Origin: Bryobacteraceae bacterium
GTDB lineage: Bacteria > Acidobacteriota > Terriglobia > Bryobacterales > Bryobacteraceae
DNA length: 58,922 bases
NCBI GenBank assembly: GCA_049802535.1
Contig: JBARMQ010000462.1
Span: forward strand, 1 to 58,922
Reading direction: 5' to 3'
Within the stretch, counting starts at the first letter, position 1. Each line of letters opens with the position of its first letter. The notes under the pieces are model-generated. The model was not told the origin of the DNA and searched no databases. It saw only the letters and a list, made by a program, of their open reading frames with translations. Below, piece by piece: positions 9,291 to 19,887 of the stretch. A program made the translations under genes and the position numbers.

Positions 9291-10160
9291 ATGTCGCCAA
9301 AATTACTGGTATGCACCCTGTTCGCCGCGGCACTTTGCGCGCAAACGCCTAACATTTCCGGCGTTTGGAAAGCCGATTTACAAAGGAGCAAGTTTCCCGC
9401 TCCTCCCGGTGGTCAGGGCCCCCCAAGAGTGCCGTCGAATTACTTGGTGATCATTGAACAGAACGGCGACAAAGTGGTCGAGAAGACCGGCGTCTACATG
9501 GGGCACAACGAGGAGCGTTCTACCCTCGCGTTTGCTGCCGACGGTAAGCCCAACATCACGAATTTTCACGGAGTGCCAACCCAGGTGACCGCGTCCTGGA
9601 GCGGGAACACGCTGACCTTGAGCGAAGATACTGTGGGCGCCCACGCCACTTCTACGAAGGAGACCGACGAAGTATCTGCCGATGGCCAAACTCTTACCGT
9701 CGATTTAACTGCGTCGTCCGGGGATCACCAGCAGCACACGCTCTTAGTTCTGACCAAACAGCCCGATTCGGCAGGCGATCCGTTGCGCAAGCCCGAACAG
9801 ACGGCCGCCGAACGATTCAAGAATGTGAAGACGGGCCTGAAGACGCTTCCGGTTTCCGAGTTCATCGATACCATGCACTACTTCAGCTTTTCGCTGGGCC
9901 AGAACTGCGAATTTTGTCATGTAGCCCATCACTTCGATTCAGACGACAAGAAGCCAAAATTGGCCGCACGGGCGATGATTGCGATGGTGCATACCGCCGA
10001 TACAGAGACTTTCAAAGGTAAACCGAAAGTGCTCTGCTACACCTGCCACGCAGGCTACAAGAAACCGCTAAGCCGCCCGTTGTTTCCCGGCGAAACGCGA
10101 AAAGATGAGGATGAGCACCTGACATCCGCTACCCAGGGCACCCCGAAGCCGGTGAATTAG
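9291..10160 (+). CDS. Exported c-type cytochrome: N-terminal beta-rich domain fused to a CytoC_RC-like (photosynthetic reaction-centre cytochrome c subunit family) dihaem module
   Basis: The ATG at 9291 gives signal peptide MSPKLLVCTLFAAALCAQ. The C-terminus FKNVKTGLKTLPVSEFIDTMHYFSFSLGQNCEFCHV...AARAMIAMV...VLCYTCHAG matches the CytoC_RC pattern and carries two CxxCH motifs. Confidence 0.7.
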   Translation: MSPKLLVCTLFAAALCAQTPNISGVWKADLQRSKFPAPPGGQGPPRVPSNYLVIIEQNGDKVVEKTGVYMGHNEERSTLAFAADGKPNITNFHGVPTQVTASWSGNTLTLSEDTVGAHATSTKETDEVSADGQTLTVDLTASSGDHQQHTLLVLTKQPDSAGDPLRKPEQTAAERFKNVKTGLKTLPVSEFIDTMHYFSFSLGQNCEFCHVAHHFDSDDKKPKLAARAMIAMVHTADTETFKGKPKVLCYTCHAGYKKPLSRPLFPGETRKDEDEHLTSATQGTPKPVN

Positions 10161-10663
10161 TCTTCTTCAATTGCGCGAAGCGGCACCACGATGCCTCCGT
10201 CGATCTGCAAGGTGGCGTCGGTTACTTCGGCTTCGCCATTCTTAGTGACGATGTAACTTTCAAGCGTCTCGGGATCAATTATCCAGGCGTAAACGGCGCC
10301 GAACTGGATCACTTGACGAACTTTGCGGTTGACCCGGACCGGCCGGTCTTCGCTCGATAGAATCTCAATCCAAATGAACGGAGGCTCAGTGACAATTTTC
10401 GTCCGAGGTTCGGGCCCGGAGAGTACGCAGATATCAGGCATTAAGAATTGCGATGCCGATATTTGAACGCGCTGTGCAATGATCGGCGTGATATTCCACA
10501 GTTTTCTCCGCCGGAGAAAATAGGCATATAGCAGCCCCTGCAATTTGCTGTGCGGATACTCGCCCACAGACCGCTCTACAACCTGTCCGTCAACGTACTC
10601 GCAGTCCGGATCGTACGAGGTGCGCAGGTATTCTGCAACTGGTACCGCGATGCCGGCGGCCAT
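10157..10663 (-). CDS. Uma2 family (DUF820) putative endonuclease
   Basis: EYLRTSYDPDCEYVDGQVVERS...MPDICVL...PFIWIEILSSEDRPVRVNRKVRQVIQFGAVYAWIIDPE follows the PD-(D/E)xK Uma2 layout. Confidence 0.8.
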   Translation of the reverse strand: MAAGIAVPVAEYLRTSYDPDCEYVDGQVVERSVGEYPHSKLQGLLYAYFLRRRKLWNITPIIAQRVQISASQFLMPDICVLSGPEPRTKIVTEPPFIWIEILSSEDRPVRVNRKVRQVIQFGAVYAWIIDPETLESYIVTKNGEAEVTDATLQIDGGIVVPLRAIEED

Positions 10664-10697
10664 ATTGCCTTATAGTACCGCTGTAACCCAAACGCGA

Positions 10698-11657
10698 TTA
10701 CGATTTCCCGATCAAAATGCCCACCGCGAAAACCAGCGCGCCTCCCAGCATCACCTGGACGGCGGCGCGGCCAAACGGCGTGTCCATGTAACGATTGCGA
10801 ATCCAACTGATCACGATCAACTCCACGATCACGACGCAGATGGCAATAGCGGTTGCGAGGCGGAAATCGCCGATCAGAAACGGCAGGGTGTGCCCAATCC
10901 CGCCCGCAGTGGTCATCAAGCCGCACACAGTTCCACGCAACAGAGGTTGGCCGCGCCCCGTCAGCACTCCGTCGTCCGATAGCGCTTCGGCAAAGCCCAT
11001 GGAGATTCCCGCTCCTAGCGACGCCGCCATTCCCACGAGAAATGCGTCCCAACTCAGGCGCGTTGCGAAGGCCGCGGCGAAGACCGGGGCCAGCGTGGAC
11101 ACCGATCCGTCCATCAAACCCGCAAGTCCCGGTTGAACGACTTGCAGGACAAACGTGCGCCGTTGATGTTCGCTCTCTTGGGCTCGTGCGTCAGGCGTCA
11201 GGTGCTCCTTTTCCAGTTGACCTGCCATATCGTAGTGTTTCTGTTCGGCGTCGGCTAGGTCGCCCAGTAATTTGCGCGTAGATGCGTCTGTCACTTTACC
11301 GATGGCCATCTGGTAGAAGCGCTGTGTCTCCAGTTCCATCGTCTCCACCTGACGCCGCACCGCATCCAAACCCAACGGCCGTACCAGCCAAACCGGCCGC
11401 CGCTCGACGAACCCCTTCACATCATGCCGGCGGATCAAGGGAATGTGGTCGCCAAACTGGCGCTGATAAAGGTCGATCAGAACCGACCGGTGTTCGGACT
11501 CTTCCACCTGCATTTCCAGCATTAACTTCGCCGTGGCGGGATAGCTGTCGCGCAGCCCCTCGGCGAAATCGCCCAATATGCGGCCATCTTCTTCTTCAAG
11601 CGATATCGCCAACGCAAGAATCTCCCGCTCTGACAAGTCCTTGAAATTTTTGGCCAT
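10698..11657 (-). CDS. mbfA: Membrane-bound ferritin-like protein (erythrin/ferritin-like domain fused to a VIT1/CCC1 iron transporter domain)
   Basis: The N-terminus [26 protein letters not shown]...[10 protein letters not shown] has the ferritin-like EExxH pattern. The C-terminus [23 protein letters not shown] plus hydrophobic helices looks like VIT1. Confidence 0.75.
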   Translation of the reverse strand: MAKNFKDLSEREILALAISLEEEDGRILGDFAEGLRDSYPATAKLMLEMQVEESEHRSVLIDLYQRQFGDHIPLIRRHDVKGFVERRPVWLVRPLGLDAVRRQVETMELETQRFYQMAIGKVTDASTRKLLGDLADAEQKHYDMAGQLEKEHLTPDARAQESEHQRRTFVLQVVQPGLAGLMDGSVSTLAPVFAAAFATRLSWDAFLVGMAASLGAGISMGFAEALSDDGVLTGRGQPLLRGTVCGLMTTAGGIGHTLPFLIGDFRLATAIAICVVIVELIVISWIRNRYMDTPFGRAAVQVMLGGALVFAVGILIGKS

Positions 11658-11872
11658 TTCTTACCCTCGATTGTGGCCCGTTCCCCGGTTTGGGCCGCTC
11701 AAGTCATCTTAGCGACGTCTCGCGCCTGACCTCAAAAGCGCAAAGGGCACGGCTGCGTGCCACCAGACAGGAGAGGAACCCGCTAGTTCTTTGGGTGGCA
11801 CGCTTGATTCCTTGCCCGTCTTGCGCGCCTGATCCTCAAAGACGCGTGAAAGACAATAGAAGTAGCCCCCGA

Positions 11873-14635
11873 ATGTTAGATCGTATTTCTGTGCATGGCG
11901 CTCGCCAGCACAACTTGAAAAATATCAGTGTCGAGATTCCGCGGAATACCTTCACCGTGATTACCGGACTCAGCGGTTCCGGCAAAAGCTCGCTCGCGTT
12001 CGACACTATTTACGCCGAGGGCCAGCGGCGGTACGTCGAGACACTGTCGCCTTACGCCCGCCAGTTTCTCGATCAAATGGAACGGCCCGATGTCGATTCC
12101 ATCGACGGGCTAAGTCCTGCGATCTCGATTGAGCAGAAGACCACGTCGCGCAGTCCGCGTTCCACGGTTGGAACCGTGACTGAAATCTACGATTATTTGC
12201 GGTTGCTCTATTCGGCGATCGGCATTCCGCACTGCCCGTTTTGCGGCGCTGAAATTAGCCGCCAATCTCCGTCCCAAATCCTCGAACAAGTGTTGGCTCT
12301 AGGCCAGGATGAGCGTGTCATGATCCTCGCGCCCGTTGTCCGTGGCCGAAAGGGCGAGTACAAGAAGGAACTCGACGGCTGGGCACGGCGTGGATTCGTT
12401 CGCGCGCGCATCGATGGTGAGCTGCGCGGATTGGACGAGCCGATTCGATTAGACAGACGCAAAAACCATACGATCGACGTGGTGGTGGACCGCCTTTTGG
12501 TGAAAGCGGGCATTGAGCAGCGCCTTGAGAATTCCATTCAAACAGCGTTGAAGATTGCCGACGGACTCGTTATTATGGCTGTCGTCAATCGCGGCGAAAC
12601 GCTATTTTCAGAAAAGCTCGCCTGTCCGAATGACGGCACCAGCGTCCCTCAACTCGAACCGCGTTCGTTTTCCTTCAACAGTCCTTACGGCGCGTGCGAC
12701 GTCTGCCATGGCGTCGGCAGCACCTGGGCCTTCGACCCCTTGAAAGTAATAGCGGATGTAACCAAGCCGTTGCTCGATGGTGGACTTGGCCCTGGTTCCA
12801 CCTCGACGTTTATCATCTCCAATCTGACAGATGCGGCGGGAGCCCTCGGGATCGATCTCAGTACTCCGTTTGAAGGCTTTCCGAAGAAAACTCAAGCCAT
12901 CCTGCTCAGGGGCAATTCGCAGTTCCCGGGCATTTTGAAGCTGCTGGATGATTCGTATCGCCAAGCGAGCGAAGGCTATCGTGACTGGTTGATGGACTTC
13001 ATGTCACCGACCGAATGCCCCGAATGCAAAGGCCGGCGTCTGAAGGCCAGCAGCCTTGCGGTTCAAGTGAAAGGCATCTCAATCGCGGACTTTACCGCCA
13101 TGCCTATCGCTCGTGCTCTAATGCTCATTCGGAGTTGGGAGTTCACAGGGCGGGAACGGAAACTCGTCGCGCGGGTTGTGGAGGAGATTCAAAACCGTCT
13201 CGATTTTCTTCGCGCCGTGGGGTTAGATTACCTCAGTTTAGAAAGGTCTTCCGCGACCCTGTCAGGCGGCGAAGCGCAACGCATCCGGCTTGCCACGCAG
13301 ATCGGATCCAAGCTCCGTGGCGTGCTGTATGTGCTGGATGAACCGTCGATTGGCCTTCATCCCCGCGACAACCATAAGCTGCTGGACACGCTGCACCGGC
13401 TTCGAGATCTCGGCAACACGGTGTTGGTGGTCGAGCATGACGCCGAAACCATAGAACGCGCCGACTATGTAATCGATCTCGGCCCGCGCGCCGGGCGACT
13501 AGGCGGCGAGTTAATCGCGCAAGGCAGTCCCGCGCAAATCGAAGCTTCCAAGGGTTCGTTGACGGGCGATTATCTTTCTGGCCGCGCGGTGATTACTCCA
13601 CCATTAGTGCGCCGGCCTGGAAATGGATTGAAATTGACTGTTAAGGGGGCACGCGAACACAACTTGAAAGACATCGACGTCGATTTCCCCCTCGGCACGT
13701 TCATCGCCGTTACTGGTGTTTCCGGTAGCGGGAAATCCACCTTGATCACCGACATTCTGTACCGCGCCCTGGCGAAGGAGATTTATGGTTCGCACGCGGA
13801 CCCCGGCGCGCACGACTCCATCACTGGTTTGGAGCACATCGATAAGGTGATCGAAATCGATCAGGCGCCGATCGGCCGTACGCCTCGTTCAAACCCAGCC
13901 ACCTACACGGGCGTCTTCTCACCCATTCGAGACCTGTACGCGATGCTGCCGGAATCTCGCGAACGCGGCTACAAAGCCGGCCGCTTCAGTTTCAACGTCA
14001 AGGGCGGCCGTTGCGAGGCGTGTCAGGGCGATGGACTCAAACGGATAGAGATGAATTTTCTGCCCGACGTTTATGTCACCTGCGATGTCTGCCGCGGGCG
14101 GAGGTATAACCAGGAGACGCTGCAGGTGAAGTATAAAGGCAAAAGCATTGCCGACCTGTTGGAATCGAGTGTCGACGACGCTCTCGAAATTCTGACAAAC
14201 ATTCCGCAGGTGCATGCCAAGCTCAAGACGTTGAGCGAGGTAGGCCTCGGCTACCTTCATCTGGGCCAATCGTCCACCACTTTGTCTGGCGGTGAGGCGC
14301 AACGCATCAAATTAGCGAAGGAACTCAGTAAGCGGCAGACGGGCCGCACCTTTTATCTGCTGGACGAACCCACCACCGGGCTCCACTTCGATGATGTGAG
14401 GCATCTTCTCGAGGTGCTGCAAAGACTGGTCGACCTTGGGAATACCGTGTTGGTGATTGAGCATCATTTGGACGTCATTCGCAATGCCGATTACGTCATC
14501 GATTTGGGACCTGAGGGAGGCGAAGCGGGCGGATCGATTGTCGCGGCGGGTACTCCGGAAGAAGTGATGGAGAATCGCCATAGTCATACCGCCCAAGCTT
14601 TGCGCCAGATGCACAAACGTGGACAGGCCGCCTGA
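11873..14635 (+). CDS. uvrA: Excinuclease ABC subunit A
   Basis: The ATG at 11873 gives [56 protein letters not shown]. There are two ABC modules, zinc-finger CxxC pairs, and a second Walker [11 protein letters not shown]. The upstream 61 codons of the track ORF have no homology context. Confidence 0.97.
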   Translation: MLDRISVHGARQHNLKNISVEIPRNTFTVITGLSGSGKSSLAFDTIYAEGQRRYVETLSPYARQFLDQMERPDVDSIDGLSPAISIEQKTTSRSPRSTVGTVTEIYDYLRLLYSAIGIPHCPFCGAEISRQSPSQILEQVLALGQDERVMILAPVVRGRKGEYKKELDGWARRGFVRARIDGELRGLDEPIRLDRRKNHTIDVVVDRLLVKAGIEQRLENSIQTALKIADGLVIMAVVNRGETLFSEKLACPNDGTSVPQLEPRSFSFNSPYGACDVCHGVGSTWAFDPLKVIADVTKPLLDGGLGPGSTSTFIISNLTDAAGALGIDLSTPFEGFPKKTQAILLRGNSQFPGILKLLDDSYRQASEGYRDWLMDFMSPTECPECKGRRLKASSLAVQVKGISIADFTAMPIARALMLIRSWEFTGRERKLVARVVEEIQNRLDFLRAVGLDYLSLERSSATLSGGEAQRIRLATQIGSKLRGVLYVLDEPSIGLHPRDNHKLLDTLHRLRDLGNTVLVVEHDAETIERADYVIDLGPRAGRLGGELIAQGSPAQIEASKGSLTGDYLSGRAVITPPLVRRPGNGLKLTVKGAREHNLKDIDVDFPLGTFIAVTGVSGSGKSTLITDILYRALAKEIYGSHADPGAHDSITGLEHIDKVIEIDQAPIGRTPRSNPATYTGVFSPIRDLYAMLPESRERGYKAGRFSFNVKGGRCEACQGDGLKRIEMNFLPDVYVTCDVCRGRRYNQETLQVKYKGKSIADLLESSVDDALEILTNIPQVHAKLKTLSEVGLGYLHLGQSSTTLSGGEAQRIKLAKELSKRQTGRTFYLLDEPTTGLHFDDVRHLLEVLQRLVDLGNTVLVIEHHLDVIRNADYVIDLGPEGGEAGGSIVAAGTPEEVMENRHSHTAQALRQMHKRGQAA

Positions 14636-14649
14636 ACGATCCTCGCAAG

Positions 14650-15396
14650 ATGGATACTGAGTTTCCACCCGCCACCGAGACCCCGCCTGTTCGCCCGCGC
14701 GAGCCATTCTGGGATTACGTGGACCTTCTGCTGGTCGGCGGTCTGTGCGTGGCTTCGGCTTTGATTATTCTCTTGATGGCCGCCGGTCTCGCGACCATCC
14801 ACCCGGCGTTCCGCAAGGATCCAACGCCTCTCGCACTGCCCCTGCAGATCGTTTTCTACGTACTAATCTATCTGGCGTTCAAGGTGACTTTCCTCGTGCG
14901 CCACAATGCTCCCGTTTTCAAATCGCTGGGCTGGCGCGAAGTGCAAATCTCGCCTTTATTGCTTGCCTTGGGAGGGGTATTGCTCGCTCTCGGCGTCTCC
15001 GCGATCGCGGCCCTGTTGCACACGCCGCAAGTGAAATCTCCCTTCGACAAATTGCTGGGGTCCTGGTGGATGGTTGCGTTGTTGGTCATCTTCGCCATCT
15101 TTCTAGGGCCGATTAGTGAGGAACTAGTATTTCGCGGATTCCTCCAGCCGCTGTTATCGCGAACTTTCGGAGTGGCCGCCGGCATCAGTCTAACAGCTGC
15201 GACCTTCGGATGCCTGCATGGTCCCGAATACTCGTGGGCGTGGCAATATGTTCTTGCGGTTTCGCTGGCCGGCGCGGTCTTTGGAGTTCTGCGCGCAACC
15301 ACCAACTCCATCATTCCGTCCACCATCATGCATGGCGCATACAATGCCCTATTTGTGGTGGCGATGATCGCTCAAAAATACGGAAAATTCAAATGA
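14650..15396 (+). CDS. CPBP family intramembrane glutamic endopeptidase (CAAX protease-like)
   Basis: A multi-TM protein with [16 protein letters not shown] and IMHGAYN, which are the three CPBP motifs. Confidence 0.8.
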   Translation: MDTEFPPATETPPVRPREPFWDYVDLLLVGGLCVASALIILLMAAGLATIHPAFRKDPTPLALPLQIVFYVLIYLAFKVTFLVRHNAPVFKSLGWREVQISPLLLALGGVLLALGVSAIAALLHTPQVKSPFDKLLGSWWMVALLVIFAIFLGPISEELVFRGFLQPLLSRTFGVAAGISLTAATFGCLHGPEYSWAWQYVLAVSLAGAVFGVLRATTNSIIPSTIMHGAYNALFVVAMIAQKYGKFK

Positions 15397-16460
15397 CAAC
15401 TTCTATGGCTGTTGAAAAGAGTACGGTCGAAACCATCGAATGGACGCCCAAAGGCGTGGTCATGATCGACCAAACGCGCCTGCCGCATGAAACCGTTTTT
15501 GTTACTTGCCGCGATTATCGCCAAGTGGCCGATGCTATTCGCAACATGGTTATCCGCGGCGCTCCGGCAATTGGCGTCGCGGCGGCGATGGGCGTGGCTT
15601 TGGGAGCGCTTTATTCCACCGACCTTGATGCCGATATGCCGGTCATCTGCGAAACGCTGGCTCAAACACGCCCCACTGCGGTTAACCTGTTCTGGGCCAT
15701 CGATCGCATGCGCAACCTCTACACTTCGATCCGCGATCGCACGCTCGGGGAAATTCGTGATCGCCTTGTCGCGGAAGCCATTTTGGTGCGCAGTGAGGAC
15801 ATCGCCATCAATCAAGCCATTGGCCGCCACGGCGCGCCGCTGGTGCCGGACGGCAAAACCGTCTTGACCCATTGCAACGCAGGCGCGCTGGCTACCGCCG
15901 GCTTCGGCACGGCACTCGGTGTTATTCGTGCCGCCGTACAGGCCGGAAAAAAGATCGACGTGTTTGCCGATGAAACGCGGCCATTCCTGCAAGGCGCTCG
16001 CCTCACTGCGTGGGAATTGCAACGCGATGGCATTGAAACTACGCTGATCACCGACAACATGGCAGGCCATTTTCTGCATAGCGGGCGGATCGGGTGTGTT
16101 GTGGTGGGTGCGGACCGCATTGCCGCCAATGGCGATGTGGCCAATAAGATCGGCACGTACAGCGTGGCCGTGTTGGCTAAAGAAAACGGCGTGCCCTTTT
16201 ACGTTGCCGCGCCCATCTCAACACTCGACCTGACGCTGCAAAGCGGTGCTCAAATTCCGATTGAGGAGCGCAATGCCCGTGAGGTGACTCATGTCCAGAA
16301 CGTGCACGTTGCCCCTGAAGGCGTTCGAGTCGCGAACCCGGCTTTCGACGTTACGCCCAACCGCTATGTGACCGCCATCATCACAGAGCGCGGCGTGGCG
16401 CGGGCGCCATTCACCGATTCCTTGAGGCAACTCGCCAATTCGTCAAAGGAACCGGCGTAG
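15393..16460 (+). CDS. mtnA: S-methyl-5-thioribose-1-phosphate isomerase
   Basis: The ATG at 15393 overlaps the upstream stop (ATGA). Motifs [43 protein letters not shown] and [21 protein letters not shown]. Confidence 0.9.
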   Translation: MTTSMAVEKSTVETIEWTPKGVVMIDQTRLPHETVFVTCRDYRQVADAIRNMVIRGAPAIGVAAAMGVALGALYSTDLDADMPVICETLAQTRPTAVNLFWAIDRMRNLYTSIRDRTLGEIRDRLVAEAILVRSEDIAINQAIGRHGAPLVPDGKTVLTHCNAGALATAGFGTALGVIRAAVQAGKKIDVFADETRPFLQGARLTAWELQRDGIETTLITDNMAGHFLHSGRIGCVVVGADRIAANGDVANKIGTYSVAVLAKENGVPFYVAAPISTLDLTLQSGAQIPIEERNAREVTHVQNVHVAPEGVRVANPAFDVTPNRYVTAIITERGVARAPFTDSLRQLANSSKEPA

Positions 16461-16468
16461 AGCTAGCA

Positions 16469-17365
16469 ATGTTGTTTATCCGCATAGTCCCGCCGGCTAT
16501 CGCATTGCTGCTCACGTGGGTAGCCTTTAACGGTAGCGCCGATGATACGTTACCCAATGTTTTCAATAATCCGCGGCAATCCGTGGCGCTGCCTTCCGAT
16601 GGAAGCGTCAAGACCGCTGCGGTGGTGACGTGGAACATCGATCGCGGCACTGAATTGACTACCATCGGATCGGTTTTAGAGAAGCGGCCGGCGGATCTGT
16701 ATCTGCTGCAGGAAGTCGATTGGAATACCAAACGCGGCCATGATCTGGATGAAGCGGCCGAATTAGCGCGCCGGCTGCACGTGAATTTCGTCTATGGCAC
16801 CGAATTCGAAGAGCTCAGCCAGGAAGATCATGGCGCCGCCTACACGGGTCAAGCCACTCTTACGCGGCTGCCCATCCGGCAATCGCGGATTCTGCGCTTT
16901 CACCGGCAGTCTAACTTCTGGAGGCCTCATTCCTGGCTGCCATCAAACCTTCCTCTAATGCAACGCAGGGAAGGGAACCGCATTGCGCTGGTGACCGACC
17001 TCACCTTTAATAACCAATTACTGGTGGTCTACAACACTCATCTCGAAAGCCGCAGCAATGGCCGCATTCAAGCGGCACAGTTGGATGAGATCTTCGAAGA
17101 TGCCAAGCGCTACCCGCCGAACACGGCAATCTTGTTAGGCGGCGATTTGAATTCGAAATATTTCCCTTCGTACTTTCTCAAAAAGCTCGAGAAAAACGGA
17201 TTCCGGAGCGCGCTCGGCGAAAAAATCGAGCGATCTCACCGCATCATGATGGCATTAGACTGGATATTCGCCCGTGGCCCAGTGACGCTGTCGTCGGGTG
17301 AGATTGATCGCTCGGCCGCTGGATCGGACCACTATCCCATTTACTCCGCCATGCACGCCAAGTAG
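16469..17365 (+). CDS. Endonuclease/exonuclease/phosphatase (EEP) family protein, probably exported
   Basis: Hydrophobic N-terminus. Motifs VVTWNIDRG, ADLYLLQEVD, VYNTHLES, GGDLNS and SDHYPIYS. Confidence 0.8.
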   Translation: MLFIRIVPPAIALLLTWVAFNGSADDTLPNVFNNPRQSVALPSDGSVKTAAVVTWNIDRGTELTTIGSVLEKRPADLYLLQEVDWNTKRGHDLDEAAELARRLHVNFVYGTEFEELSQEDHGAAYTGQATLTRLPIRQSRILRFHRQSNFWRPHSWLPSNLPLMQRREGNRIALVTDLTFNNQLLVVYNTHLESRSNGRIQAAQLDEIFEDAKRYPPNTAILLGGDLNSKYFPSYFLKKLEKNGFRSALGEKIERSHRIMMALDWIFARGPVTLSSGEIDRSAAGSDHYPIYSAMHAK

Positions 17366-17370
17366 CGCGG

Positions 17371-18303
17371 CTAAACGGCTTGGGGCTTATACGGCTTGCT
17401 GTAGTGAGTATTCCAATCCACCAGGTCCAGGTTCAAAAACTGGTGGCTGACGGTCCGGGTATCGGCTTCGACAATCAGATACGCGTTCGGATCGTAGCGT
17501 GTCGCCGCCATCACCAATGCCGGAGGCCCGTATGACCGTCCAAATTCAAACCATTTGTGCCAGTGGCCCGAAACAACTTGCTGAATGGAGTCGCGATGCT
17601 TCTTGATCAGCGCATGCACGCTATAATCCTGGAACTCGCGATCCTGGACGATGATCAGCGGATAGTGAATGAAGACAAACGATGGCTTGTGCTGCTGCAA
17701 TTCCGCTTCAAACCAGTTCAATTGTTCTTCGCCGAGCGAACCCTTCCCGGGATCGAATTTCGCATTACCCTTGGCCCATGTGTCGCCTAAGAAATTATTG
17801 AGATGGATGAACTTCCAACCGCGATATTCCATCGAATAATACGGTTTCAGGCCCAGCTTGCGCCGAAACAGCTCGTGTGATGTTTCGCGCGGCATGCCAG
17901 TCGCCCAATAGTCGTGGTTTCCAAACCCTACATGTACGGGGGCTTGGAATTTGTCAGTAATTTCCTTTGCATGATCGATGCGCGTGTAGTTCTGGAAATA
18001 GAAATCGATATCGGGCGACGGGTAATTGTGGAAGTAATCGCCGACCAAAAAGACTTGCTCCATTCGCGGCGTCAGGCCATTGATGACATCGCGCGCCGAT
18101 TCGAGCCGCTCGGCAGTCTTGAACATCGACTCTGTATCTTCTTGATTGCTTTCGGGACCCTTGTAATACTTATCGATGATGTGTGAATCGGCGACAACCG
18201 CGAAATAAAACTTCGAATCCGTCGGCGCAGCTTCACTAAAGGGACTCATCGCTAGATACCCAAGCGCGGATCCGCCAAGGCGGAGAAATTCTTTTCGATT
18301 CAT
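17371..18303 (-). CDS. Calcineurin-like metallophosphoesterase with a Tat-like signal
   Basis: N-terminus MNRKEFLRLGGSALGYLAMSPFSEAA. Motifs VVADSHI, LVGDYFHN, GNHDYW, FIHYP and GHWHK. Confidence 0.8.
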   Translation of the reverse strand: MNRKEFLRLGGSALGYLAMSPFSEAAPTDSKFYFAVVADSHIIDKYYKGPESNQEDTESMFKTAERLESARDVINGLTPRMEQVFLVGDYFHNYPSPDIDFYFQNYTRIDHAKEITDKFQAPVHVGFGNHDYWATGMPRETSHELFRRKLGLKPYYSMEYRGWKFIHLNNFLGDTWAKGNAKFDPGKGSLGEEQLNWFEAELQQHKPSFVFIHYPLIIVQDREFQDYSVHALIKKHRDSIQQVVSGHWHKWFEFGRSYGPPALVMAATRYDPNAYLIVEADTRTVSHQFLNLDLVDWNTHYSKPYKPQAV

Positions 18304-18404
18304 TTCGACCTCAGTATACAGCCGAAATATGTTTCGAGGATGACGGTCTCAGTAAAGATGGGGGTGCCTGCGGTGCTCAACATTTTGCTGTACACTACCT
18401 CTGT

Positions 18405-19739
18405 TTGGACAAGCGAAACTTTCTCAAAACCTCGGCGGCGATCCTTGCCGGAAATGTGCTGTCCCGCGTGAGCGGTTTTCCGTCCGATGACCCGCGCACC
18501 AATTGGTCCGGCAATTACCACTACCATGCCGCTCATCTCTACCAGCCGCAATCGGTGGATGAAGTTCGTAAGATCGTACGCAATTGCAAGACCTTGAAGT
18601 CGTTAGGCACGCGGCACTCCTTCAATGACATCGCCGACAACAGCGAAAATCAGATCTCGTTGAAGAAGATGACCAACATGACGCTCGATGCCGGCCGGCG
18701 CACGGTCACCGTCGAATCAGGCGTTCGCTATGGCCTGCTTGCGCCTTATATCGATAGCCGCGGCTTTGCCCTGCATAACCTGGCGTCCCTGCCACACATT
18801 TCTGTTGCGGGCGCTCGCTCAACAGCCACGCACGGTTCCGGCATCAAGAATGGCAACTTGTCCACTGCCGTTACCGGCCTCGAACTAATCACTGCGGATG
18901 GGGAGATCGTCAAAGTATCGCACGATGAGACGTCATTTGCGGGCATGGTCGTCGACTTAGGCGCTCTGGGGGTGGTCACTAAGGTCACGTTGGCTGTGCA
19001 ACCCACCTTTCTCATGCGTCAGGTCGTCTACGAAAATCTCTCGTTTCGAGAACTCGAAAAGAATCTCGACGCCATTTTCTCCGCAGGTTACAGCGTTAGT
19101 TTGTTTACCGACTGGCAGAATCATCGCGCGACGCAAGTGTGGATCAAGAGCAAGGTTGATCCGAATGAAAAATTTGAGATTGCTCCGCTGTTTTATGGCG
19201 CCACTGCAGCCAAGACCAAGCTGCATCCACTGGCAGGACACTCGGCAGAGAGTTGTACGGATCAATTGGGCATCCCTGGCCCCTGGTATGAACGCCTGCC
19301 CCATTTCCGCATGAATTTCACTCCTAGCAGCGGCGACGAATTGCAAACCGAATATTTGGTGCCTCGAGCCCGCGCCTGGGAAGCGATTCAAGCGGTAGAG
19401 GGCCTGCGCGATTCCATAACGCCGCATTTGTTCATTACGGAGCTGCGTACGATTGCACCCGATGCGCTTTGGATGAGCTCTGCTTATCAGCGGCCATCGT
19501 TGGCCATTCACTTCACCTGGAAGCCGGAATGGCCCGAAGTGCAGCGAGTGCTTCCTCGTATCGAAGCGGTGCTCCAACCCTTCGATGCACGGCCCCACTG
19601 GGGCAAACTGTTTACCGTTCCCGCCTCTCGATTCCCGTCACTTTACGAAAAACTGCCCGACTTTCAGGCACTTGTGAAGCAATACGACCCTTCGGGCAAG
19701 TTCCAAAATCGGTTCTTAAAGAGGACCGTGTTCGCTTAA
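18405..19739 (+). CDS. FAD-binding oxidoreductase of the D-arabinono-1,4-lactone oxidase / alditol oxidase family, with a Tat-like signal
   Basis: N-terminus MDKRNFLKTSAAILAG. Motifs TNWSGNYHY and SLGTRHSFN (FAD_binding_4), plus a C-terminal ALO-like RPHWGKLF. Confidence 0.8.
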   Translation: MDKRNFLKTSAAILAGNVLSRVSGFPSDDPRTNWSGNYHYHAAHLYQPQSVDEVRKIVRNCKTLKSLGTRHSFNDIADNSENQISLKKMTNMTLDAGRRTVTVESGVRYGLLAPYIDSRGFALHNLASLPHISVAGARSTATHGSGIKNGNLSTAVTGLELITADGEIVKVSHDETSFAGMVVDLGALGVVTKVTLAVQPTFLMRQVVYENLSFRELEKNLDAIFSAGYSVSLFTDWQNHRATQVWIKSKVDPNEKFEIAPLFYGATAAKTKLHPLAGHSAESCTDQLGIPGPWYERLPHFRMNFTPSSGDELQTEYLVPRARAWEAIQAVEGLRDSITPHLFITELRTIAPDALWMSSAYQRPSLAIHFTWKPEWPEVQRVLPRIEAVLQPFDARPHWGKLFTVPASRFPSLYEKLPDFQALVKQYDPSGKFQNRFLKRTVFA

Positions 19740-19887
19740 CGGCTCACGAGCGTTTAGCCCGAATACCTAGGATCTCTGCATAAGAACCGGAATATTCGGG
19801 AACAGCCGGCGCGTCTCAGCCGTAGGATGATCGACGAAGGAATACCAAGAAGAAGCCCGTGCCGCGGCCCGGAGAAAGTTTGGAAAC

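Noticed and set aside
11690-11872. N-terminal extensions of track ORFs: uvrA from 11690, mtnA from 15210, XDH large subunit up to 56883, nrdJ up to 25669, the hypothetical gene up to 34098, and the permease from 50364.
   Set aside because: The extensions overlap neighbouring genes or lack homology context. Internal ATGs reproduce the canonical family N-termini, often with an SD or an ATGA stop-start overlap.
19758-19800. An inverted repeat, CCCGAATA...TATTCGGG, after the FAD oxidase gene, considered as a terminator.
   Set aside because: It has only an 8-bp stem, a 27-nt loop and no U-tract, so it is not convincing as an intrinsic terminator.
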